Below, piece after piece: positions 26,336-34,140 of a DNA stretch of 63,701 nt. The notes beneath the pieces are model-generated. The model searched no databases. It had not been told where the DNA came from and saw only the letters and a list, made by a program, of their open reading frames with translations. Source of the stretch: Verrucomicrobiota bacterium (GTDB lineage: Bacteria > Verrucomicrobiota > Verrucomicrobiia > Limisphaerales > UBA8199); NCBI GenBank assembly GCA_026397855.1, contig JAPLUA010000264.1, positions 1 to 63,701 on the forward strand, written 5' to 3'. The first letter of the stretch is position 1; every line of letters starts with the position of its first letter. Both the position numbers and the translations under genes were made by a program.

Positions 26336-28322
26336 ATGAAACCGACAGACATCAAACCATTTGAAGGCAATATGACTACCACTGTAGCTGCAAAGACATT
26401 GACCATTGACGGGCGCGAGGTGCCATTCAACGGCGAGCGCAACCTGCTGGAGCTGATTCGAAAAGCGGGCATTGACCTGCCGACCTTCTGCTATCATTCG
26501 GAGCTCAGCGTCTATGGGGCTTGCCGCCTCTGCCTGGTGGATATCCAGGGCCGCGGCATCCAGGGCGCCTGCTCGACGCCTCCTGAAGCCGGCCTGAAGG
26601 TGCGCACGCAGACGGAAGAGATTCGCGACATCCGGAAGATCACGATTGAGCTGCTCCTGGCCAACCATGACCAGCAGTGCCCGACCTGCCCGAAGAGCTC
26701 GGCCTGCCAGCTCCAGGATATTGCCCGCAAGCTGGGCATCCGCAAGGTCCGCTTCAAGCCCGTGCACCAGCCCGCGGAGCTGGACCTCTCGTCGGTTTCG
26801 CTGGTGCGCGGTCCGAACAAGTGTGTGCTATGTGGGGATTGCGTGCGCTTCTGCGAGGAGATCCAGGGCGTTGGCGCCATTGATTTCGCCCATCGGGGTC
26901 ACGAGGCGGCCGTGCTGCCCGCCTTTGGTAAAGGTTTGGGCGAGGGCGAGTGCATCAACTGCGGCCAATGCGCCGCGGTCTGTCCCACCGGTGCGCTGAC
27001 GCCGCGGCCCGAAGTGGACGAGGTCTGGCGCGCGCTCAACGACCCGGTCAAGACCGTGGTAGCCCAGCTCGCCCCGGCGGTGCGGGTGGCGATCGGCGAA
27101 GCCTTCGGCCTGGCCCCCGGCATGTCGGCCAGCGGCCAAATCGTGGCGGCGCTGAAGCGCCTCGGGTTTGACAAGGTTTACGACACCGCCTTCAGCGCCG
27201 ACCTGACGGTGGTTGAAGAGGCCAACGAGTTCCTGAAGCGGAAGGCCAAGGGCGAGAAGCTGCCGCAGTTCACCAGTTGCTGCCCGGGCTGGGTCAAGTT
27301 CGCCGAGCAGTATTTCCCCGAGCTGCTGCCAAACCTGTCGACATGCAAGTCGCCGCAGCAGATGCTCGGGGCGCTGTGCAAGGCCACCCTGCCGGGCGAG
27401 ATGGGCATTCCGAGGGAGAACCTCGTCATGGTTTCCATCATGCCCTGCACCGCCAAGAAGTTCGAGGCCAAGCGGCCCGAAGTTCCGCTTCAAGGAACTC
27501 GAACCCGAGTCCTTCGATATGCCGCTCGGCTTCAAGACCGGCGCCGGGGTCATCTTCGGCAACTCGGGAGGCGTAAGCGAAGCGGTCCTGCGATATGCCG
27601 CCGAATCGGTCACCAAGCGGAAGCTGGAGAACCCGGATTTCCACGCGGTGCGCGGCGAGGACGGGATCCGCCTGGCCACGGTCGCCCTGGACGGGGTGCA
27701 ACTCAAGCTGGCCGTGGTGCATGGATTGAAGAATGCCCGCACGCTGGCGGAGAAAGTGCGCCGGGGCGAATGCGAGCTGGACCTCATCGAGGTAATGGCT
27801 TGCCCGGGCGGTTGCATTGGCGGCGCCGGCCAGCCGGTGTCGCGCGAACGCGATATCAAGCGCTTGCGCACCCGGGGCCTGTATGAAGCCGACAAGCATC
27901 TGGACCTGCATAAGTCCCAGGAAAACCATCACGTGACAGAGATGTACCAGACCTATCTGGGCGAAATCGGCGGGCGCAAGGCCCATCACCTCCTGCACAC
28001 CCACTATCAGAACCGGCGGCGCATCGCAGATGAGCGGCTCGTGTTCGGCGACGGGCCTGACGGGGAGAAGCTCAAGGTCAGCGTGTGCGCGGGCACCAAC
28101 TGCTTCCTGAAAGGCTCGCAGGAGGTAATCCGCGACGTGCTCCAATGCGTCGAAGCCCAGGAACTGCAAGACCAGGTCGAAGTGAGCGCTTCGTTCTGCT
28201 TCGAGAAATGCGACCAGGGCCCGACCGTCCGGGTGGACGGCCAGCAAATCCAGCACTGCACTGGCCAGAAGGCGTGCGCCGCAATGCGCGAGCGCCTGAA
28301 GGCCAAACTCGCGCCCGAGTGA
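26336..28322 (+). pseudogene. hydA: [FeFe]-hydrogenase catalytic subunit HydA, interrupted by an out-of-frame internal deletion near 27480
   Basis: N-terminal Fe-S domains plus P1 'FTSCCPGW' and P2 'IMPCTAKKFEA' read in frame A until 'AKRPE'. 'FKELEPESFDMPLGFKTGAGVIFG...' and P3 'IEVMACPGGCIGGAGQP', plus a C-terminal 2Fe-2S domain, continue in another frame (ORF 27519-28322). Confidence 0.85.
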
Positions 28323-28347
28323 GCGCGCCACGGAGAGACATCCTTTT

Positions 28348-29757
28348 ATGAAAACGACACGTTCCAACCAACAGGCCACCTTCATTGACGAAGCCAAGAT
28401 CGCCGCGACGCTCGCCTCGGCGCGGGCCTGCGATGCCAGCCAGGTCCGTGAGATCCTGGCCAAGGCGCGCGAAATGAAGGGCCTGGCCGCCTCCGACATG
28501 GCGACGCTGATGGAGAACAACGACCCCGGGTTGTTGGAGGAGATGTATGCCACGGCCCGGCATGTGAAGGACGAGATTTACGGCAACCGCCTGGTGCTGT
28601 TCGCCCCGCTCTATATCTCGAACCTGTGCCACAACGAGTGCCTTTACTGTGCGTTCCGCGCGCGCAACAAAGAGCTGCTCAGGCGCACGCTAACCCCGGA
28701 GGAGATCGCGAATGAGACGAGCATTCTCATCGAGCAGGGGCATAAGCGCGTGCTGCTGGTCTCGGGTGAAAGCTATCCGGAGGAAGGCTTTGATTATGTC
28801 CTCAAGGCGATCGAGACGGTTTACAGTACCCGCAGCGGGCGCGGGGAAATCCGCCGCATCAACGCGAACGTGGCGCCGCTGAGCGTCGAGGACTATAAGC
28901 GGCTCAAGGCGGCGAAGATCGGGACATACCAGTGCTTCCAGGAGACCTATCACCGTGGGACTTACGCCGCCGTGCATGTCGCCGGGACGAAGCGGGACTT
29001 CGACTGGCGGGTGACCTGCTTTGACCGCGCGATGCAGGCGGGCATTGATGACGTGGGGATCGGGGTGCTGTTTGGGCTTTACGACTGGAAGTACGAAGTG
29101 CTCGCGATGAAGCAGGAGATTGAGCACCTCGAAGGCGCTTTCGGCGTGGGGCCGCACACCATCAGCGTGCCCAGGATCGAGCCGGCGGTCGGTTCGACCC
29201 TGGCTTACGCGCCGGCTCATCCGGTCTCGGACGGCGACTTCAAGAAGATCGTGGCACTGCTGCGCCTGGCGGTGCCCTACACCGGCATCATTATGTCCAC
29301 GCGGGAAAACGCTGCCACGCGCCGGGCGACATTCGAGCTGGGTGTTTCCCAGATCTCGGCTGGCAGCCGTTGCGACCCGGGCGGCTACGCCGCATCGGCC
29401 GACGGGCACAACTCGGAGCAGTTCCAGTTGGGGGATCACCGCTCGCTGGACGAGGTGGTGCGCGACGTGGCGGCGCTCGGCTATACGCCTTCGTTTTGCA
29501 CGGCGTGCTATCGGCTGGGGCGCACTGGGGCCGATTTCATGGACCTGGCCAAACCCGGCCTGATCAAACATCACTGCGCGCCCAATGCGCTGTCGAGCTG
29601 CATGGAATACCTGCTGGACTACGCGAAGCCGGAGACGCGCAAGGTGGGCGAAAGCCTGGTCGCGCGTGAGCTGGAGACGATGGAGCCCTCGGTGCAGGAG
29701 ATTGGCCGGCGCCTGGTGACGGAGGTGCAGGAGGACAAACGGGATGTTTATGTATAA
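28348..29757 (+). CDS. hydG: [FeFe]-hydrogenase maturase HydG (radical SAM tyrosine lyase)
   Basis: 'LYISNLCHNECLYCAFRA' radical SAM motif and the C-terminal auxiliary-cluster motif 'CTACYRLGRTG...HHCAPNA'. GGAGAG SD upstream. Confidence 0.9.
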   Translation: MKTTRSNQQATFIDEAKIAATLASARACDASQVREILAKAREMKGLAASDMATLMENNDPGLLEEMYATARHVKDEIYGNRLVLFAPLYISNLCHNECLYCAFRARNKELLRRTLTPEEIANETSILIEQGHKRVLLVSGESYPEEGFDYVLKAIETVYSTRSGRGEIRRINANVAPLSVEDYKRLKAAKIGTYQCFQETYHRGTYAAVHVAGTKRDFDWRVTCFDRAMQAGIDDVGIGVLFGLYDWKYEVLAMKQEIEHLEGAFGVGPHTISVPRIEPAVGSTLAYAPAHPVSDGDFKKIVALLRLAVPYTGIIMSTRENAATRRATFELGVSQISAGSRCDPGGYAASADGHNSEQFQLGDHRSLDEVVRDVAALGYTPSFCTACYRLGRTGADFMDLAKPGLIKHHCAPNALSSCMEYLLDYAKPETRKVGESLVARELETMEPSVQEIGRRLVTEVQEDKRDVYV

Positions 29758-29776
29758 AGGCTGTGTTTAGGGACCC

Positions 29777-31285
29777 ATGAGCGCTTTTCGCACTGAATCC
29801 GATCTGTTGGGCGAGTTGCCGATCCCGGCGGCCGCCCTGCACGGCATTCATACGGCCCGCGCGCTGGACAACTTTCCGCTGGCGTTGCAGCCGGTGGCCC
29901 CGGGCCTGGTCCGGGCGTACGGGACGGTGAAGCTGGCCTGCGCCATGACCAACCGCGCGCTTGGGGCCTGGGCGGATGATGCTCCCAAGGCAGACGCGAT
30001 CGAGCGCGCCTGCCGCGAGCTGGGCGAAGGTTTGCTGGACCGGCAGCTGGGCGAAGGTTTGCTGGACCGGCACATCGTGGTGGACCGGTTGCAGGGCGGG
30101 GCAGGGACCAGCACGAACATGAACGTTAACGAGGTGCTGGCCAATCGTGCGCTGGAGCTGCTCGGCGAACCGCCGGGCACTTATGGCCGCGTATCTCCGC
30201 TGGAGGATATCAACCTGCATCAGTCCACCAACGACACCTACCCGACGGCTTTGCGGCTGGCCGCAATCGTTGCCTTGCGCGAGTTGGAGCGGCGCGTGGT
30301 GGCGCTGCAGGAAGCCTTCCAGGCCGCTGAAAAACGCTTCGCGCATGTCGTCAAGGTCGGCCGGACCCAATTGCAGGACGCCGTGCTGACGACCCTGGGA
30401 CGTGAGATGGGGGCGTATGCCGAGGCGATGAACCGTGACCGCTGGCGGATCTACAAATGCGAGGAGCGTCTGCGGGTCGTCAATCTTGGGGGCACCGCCA
30501 TCGGCACCGGGCTGGCGGCGCCGCGCCAGTTCATCTTCCGGGTGACCGATACGCTGCGTGAGCTTGCCGGGATTGGTTTTGCCCGCGCGGAGAACCTCGT
30601 GGACGCCACGCAGAATGCGGACGTGTTCGTGGAGGTGTCCGGCATCCTGAAAGCGCACGCCGTTTCCCTGCTGAAGATCTGCGGCGACCTGCGGCTGATG
30701 GCTTCGGGGCCGGAAGCCGGGCTGCGCGAGATCCGCCTGCCCGCCCGCCAGGCCGGCTCGTCCATCATGCCGGGCAAGGTGAACCCGGTCATCCCCGAGG
30801 CAGTCAGCCAGGTGGCCATGCTGGTGATGGGCCACGACGCGACCATCGCCTCCGCCTGCGCCGCCGGCAGCCTGGAGCTGAATCCGTTTCTGCCCCTGGT
30901 GGCCGCTTGCCTGCTGGAAAGCCTGGAACTGTTGGGCCGGGCCGACGACATTCTCTGCCGCCATTGCGTTTCGGGTCTGGAAGCCGACGAGGCACGCTGC
31001 CGCCAGCATGTGCTCAACTCGACCGCCGCGGCGACGGCGTTGCTGCCGGCGCTTGGCTATGACCGGGTTTGCGAATTGGCGCGGTCGAGCGCTGAGACCG
31101 GCCGCACCGTCCGCGAGCTTGCGATCACGAATGGCTGGCTCTCGGCCGCGGCGTTCGATGAGCTGATCAGCCCTGAAGCCGTTTGCCGGCTTGGCACGCC
31201 GGACCTGCCGCACCCCGATCCCGACACGGGGCGCGCGGACGCACGCGCCAAGGCCGACGACTGCAAACAGGAGGCGAAGCCATGA
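29777..31285 (+). CDS. aspartate ammonia-lyase-like class II fumarate-lyase-family enzyme embedded in the hyd maturase operon
   Basis: 'FRTESDLLGELPIP', 'QGGAGTSTNMNVNEV', 'TQLQDAV', signature 'GSSIMPGKVNP'. ATGA overlap with hydF. Contains an in-frame 27-bp duplication. Confidence 0.85.
   Translation: MSAFRTESDLLGELPIPAAALHGIHTARALDNFPLALQPVAPGLVRAYGTVKLACAMTNRALGAWADDAPKADAIERACRELGEGLLDRQLGEGLLDRHIVVDRLQGGAGTSTNMNVNEVLANRALELLGEPPGTYGRVSPLEDINLHQSTNDTYPTALRLAAIVALRELERRVVALQEAFQAAEKRFAHVVKVGRTQLQDAVLTTLGREMGAYAEAMNRDRWRIYKCEERLRVVNLGGTAIGTGLAAPRQFIFRVTDTLRELAGIGFARAENLVDATQNADVFVEVSGILKAHAVSLLKICGDLRLMASGPEAGLREIRLPARQAGSSIMPGKVNPVIPEAVSQVAMLVMGHDATIASACAAGSLELNPFLPLVAACLLESLELLGRADDILCRHCVSGLEADEARCRQHVLNSTAAATALLPALGYDRVCELARSSAETGRTVRELAITNGWLSAAAFDELISPEAVCRLGTPDLPHPDPDTGRADARAKADDCKQEAKP
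30019..30072 (+). repeat. perfect 2 x 27-bp tandem duplication inside the aspA-like gene (in frame; LGEGLLDRQ/LGEGLLDRH)
   Basis: GCTGGGCGAAGGTTTGCTGGACCGGCA at 30019-30045 is repeated exactly at 30046-30072. Confidence 0.95.
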
Positions 31286-32577
31286 CAGCTCCCGCGCCCA
31301 AGGGCCTGCGGCTGCATATTGCGCTTTTTGGAAGGCGCAACGTGGGTAAGTCCAGCATGCTCAATGCGGTAACGCATCAGCAGCTCTCGATTGTCTCGCC
31401 CATTGCCGGCACGACCACCGACCCGGTAGAAAAGCCGATGGAACTGCTGCCTCTGGGGCCCGTCCTCTTTGTGGATACCGCTGGGGTAGACGATGCGGGG
31501 ACGTTGGGTGAGCTGCGGGTGCAGAAGACGCGCCAGGTGCTGGACCGGGCCGACTTGGGGGTGGTCGTGGCGGAAGCAGGCCAATGGGGCGAGTTCGAAG
31601 AGCAGCTTCTGGTCGAGCTCGCGGGCCGGAAGATTCCTGCGATCGTCGTGTTCAATAAGGCGGATGCTGCCGAGCCGGATCCTCTGCTGTGGGAGCAGTT
31701 GGGGCAACGGCAACTGCGCCGCGTGCGCGTCAGCGCGCTCCAGCACACCGGCATCGCGGAGTTCCGGCAAGCGCTGCTCGAAGCCGCGCCCGCGGATTTC
31801 ATTGATCATCCTGCCATCCTCGGCGATCTGGTCGGCCCGGGCGAAATGGCGGTGCTGGTGGTGCCGATTGACAAGGAGGCGCCGCGCGGTCGGTTGATAC
31901 TGCCCCAGGTGCAGGCTATTCGAGACCTGCTGGACAACGATGCCTTTTGCCTGGTCGTGAAGGAGCGCGAGCTGCGCAGCGCGCTGGATCGGCTTAAGAG
32001 CCCTCCCCGGCTCGTCGTGACCGATTCACAGGCCTTCTTGAAGGTCGCCGCCGACACTCCGCGCGAGGTGCCGTTGACCAGCTTTTCGATCCTGATGTCG
32101 CGCTTCAAAGGGGATTTGACGGTACAGGTGCAGGGTGCGCTGGCCATTGAGAATCTGCGTGGCGGGGACCGCGTCCTGATCGCGGAAGCCTGCTCGCACC
32201 ATCCGATTGGCGAGGACATTGGCAGGGTGAAGATCCCCCGCTGGCTGACCCAGTTTGTGGGGGGACAGCTCCATTTCGAGCATGTGCAGGGGCATGATTT
32301 TCCAGCGGACCTCTCGCCGTATCGCCTGGTGGTGCATTGCGGGGCCTGCATGTGGAATCGCCGCGAAATGCTCGGCCGGATCCTGCGCTGCCAGCAAGCT
32401 GGCGTGCCTGTGACCAACTACGGTCTGGCCATCGCCTACAGCCTGGGCATCTTCGAGCGGGCGCTGGAGCCGTTTCCGGCGGCGCTGGAGCTCTGGCGCA
32501 ACGCCGCGCGAAACCCCGCAGCCCGGATGCCGGCACCCGCTTCAGCACCCCGGGAAAGGAGCGCGTGTTCTGCATGA
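31282..32577 (+). CDS. hydF: [FeFe]-hydrogenase maturase HydF (GTPase scaffold)
   Basis: 'IALFGRRNVGKSSMLNA', 'DTAG', 'NKAD', C-terminal 'CSHHP...HCGACM' cluster motif. Confidence 0.9.
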   Translation: MTAPAPKGLRLHIALFGRRNVGKSSMLNAVTHQQLSIVSPIAGTTTDPVEKPMELLPLGPVLFVDTAGVDDAGTLGELRVQKTRQVLDRADLGVVVAEAGQWGEFEEQLLVELAGRKIPAIVVFNKADAAEPDPLLWEQLGQRQLRRVRVSALQHTGIAEFRQALLEAAPADFIDHPAILGDLVGPGEMAVLVVPIDKEAPRGRLILPQVQAIRDLLDNDAFCLVVKERELRSALDRLKSPPRLVVTDSQAFLKVAADTPREVPLTSFSILMSRFKGDLTVQVQGALAIENLRGGDRVLIAEACSHHPIGEDIGRVKIPRWLTQFVGGQLHFEHVQGHDFPADLSPYRLVVHCGACMWNRREMLGRILRCQQAGVPVTNYGLAIAYSLGIFERALEPFPAALELWRNAARNPAARMPAPASAPRERSACSA

Positions 32578-33647
32578 ACGCGCCGCTCACGCTCACAGAC
32601 ATCCTGGCCTGGCTCCGGGAGGACGATCCGGCGCGGCTCAAGACGCTTTGGGCCCGAGCTGATGAGACCCGCCGCCTGAACGTGGGCGACACCATCCATT
32701 TGCGAGGGCTGGTTGAGATTTCGAGCTGGTGCGTCCGCCAGTGCGCCTACTGTGGGCTGAGGGTGGACAACCAATCGCTGACCCGCTACCGGATGGAGCC
32801 GGGAGAGATCCTGGAGTCGGCGCGCCAGGCAGTGGCGTTTGGCTATGGCACGGTCGTGCTTCAGGCCGGCGAAGATTTCGGCCTGACCTGCGAATGGGTT
32901 GCCGACGTGGTCAGGCAAATCAAGAACGAGACGCCGCTGGCTGTCACTCTAAGCCTGGGTGAGCGGACCGAAGCCGAACTGGACGCCTGGCGCAAGGCCG
33001 GGGCGGATCGCTACCTCCTGCGCTTCGAAACCTCGGACCAGGCCCTGTTCGAGCTGATTCACCCGCGCCGGAACCCGGATGCCGCGGGCCGCATCCCCTT
33101 GCTCCGCCAGCTTAAGCAACTCGGTTACGAGGTCGGCAGCGGGATAATGGTCGGCCTGCCGGGCCAGACTTACGAGAGCGTGGCCCGTGACATTGATCTA
33201 TTTCGCGAGCTGGACCTGGACATGATCGGCATCGGGCCGTTCATTCCGCATCCACAGACCCCGCTGGGCACCGGCGAACTGAAGCCCGTTATTGAGCCCG
33301 ACGAGCAGGTGCCCAACACCGAACTGATCGTGTATAAGGCAGTGGCCCTCACCCGCCTCGTGCGTCCGGACGCCAACATCCCCAGTACGACAGCCCTTGC
33401 CACCATCAACAAGCGCAATGGGCGGGAACTGGGGTTGCAGCGGGGCGCCAACGTGCTCATGCCCAATCTGACGCCGGCTAAATACCGGAAGCTTTACGAG
33501 ATCTACCCCGCCAAAGCCTGCATCGAGGAAACCGGAAGTGCCTGCAACGGCTGTCTCCGGATGCGGATAACCGCAATCGGACGCCAGATTGCCCAAGGCC
33601 CCGGCGGTAGGAAACGGCATGCGCAGGAAAGGGATGTGTTGTGTTAG
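32574..33647 (+). CDS. hydE: [FeFe]-hydrogenase maturase HydE (radical SAM)
   Basis: 'VEISSWCVRQCAYCGLR'; BioB-like fold and length (357 aa). ATGA overlap with hydF. Confidence 0.88.
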   Translation: MNAPLTLTDILAWLREDDPARLKTLWARADETRRLNVGDTIHLRGLVEISSWCVRQCAYCGLRVDNQSLTRYRMEPGEILESARQAVAFGYGTVVLQAGEDFGLTCEWVADVVRQIKNETPLAVTLSLGERTEAELDAWRKAGADRYLLRFETSDQALFELIHPRRNPDAAGRIPLLRQLKQLGYEVGSGIMVGLPGQTYESVARDIDLFRELDLDMIGIGPFIPHPQTPLGTGELKPVIEPDEQVPNTELIVYKAVALTRLVRPDANIPSTTALATINKRNGRELGLQRGANVLMPNLTPAKYRKLYEIYPAKACIEETGSACNGCLRMRITAIGRQIAQGPGGRKRHAQERDVLC

Positions 33648-33658
33648 ACCGCGCGTTA

Positions 33659-33860
33659 CGAAATCCGAAGGCCGAAGCCCGAAATCCGAAGGAAGGCCGA
33701 AGCCCGAAATCCGAAAAGCGGCGTGTCAACGGGTCACCAAAGGGGCTGGCTGTCCAGGCGCTGATGGGAACTTTCGCAGCCTGCTACGAGTGTGGCGTGA
33801 GGGCTTCAGCCTTCGGATTTCGGCCTTCCTTCGGATTTCGGCATTCGGCATTCGGATTTA
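33659..33860. repeat. ~200-bp MITE-like element with ~45-bp terminal inverted repeats built from CCGAA/CGAAGCCC units
   Basis: 33661-33705 is the near-perfect reverse complement of 33815-33859 (about 3 mismatches). The arms are internally iterated (GAAATCCGAAGG...). Confidence 0.8.
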
Positions 33861-33869
33861 CCCCTCCCC

Positions 33870-34133
33870 ATGTCCCCTGAACCTCTCAACTCCATCATGA
33901 TCTGCATGGGCAGCTCGTGCTTTTCGCGCGGCAACAACCGGAACATTGAAGTGATCCAGGAGCACCTCGCGGCCCAGCCGCTCCCGGCGGGGGTTGAACT
34001 CACCGGCCACCTGTGCGAAGGCCACTGCAAGGCGGGTCCGAACGTCACGATCAACGGCAAGATGTATCACGAGGTGGACCCCATCGTCATCATCGGCCTG
34101 CTCAACCACTACAGCCAGCAACGAGAGGGATAA
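33870..34133 (+). CDS. small thioredoxin-like [2Fe-2S] ferredoxin
   Basis: 87 aa; 'ICMGSSCF' (Cx4C) and 'LCEGHCKAGPNV' (Cx3C), the same pattern as the NuoE-type domains in HydB/HydA. Confidence 0.8.
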   Translation: MSPEPLNSIMICMGSSCFSRGNNRNIEVIQEHLAAQPLPAGVELTGHLCEGHCKAGPNVTINGKMYHEVDPIVIIGLLNHYSQQREG

Positions 34134-34140
34134 ACTTCCT

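Noticed and set aside
24368-26767. 799-aa ORF antisense to hydB/hydA
   Set aside because: Opposite strand of motif-rich hydrogenase genes. Ala/Arg/Gly-rich low-complexity translation.
27519-28322. Stand-alone 267-aa gene starting 'MPLGFKTGAG'
   Set aside because: The frame is open and HydA-like upstream of this ATG ('FKELEPESFD'). It is the C-terminal part of the disrupted hydA, not an independent gene.
29564-31213. 549-aa ORF antisense to the aspA-like gene
   Set aside because: Shadow ORF. The plus strand carries the fumarate-lyase signature.
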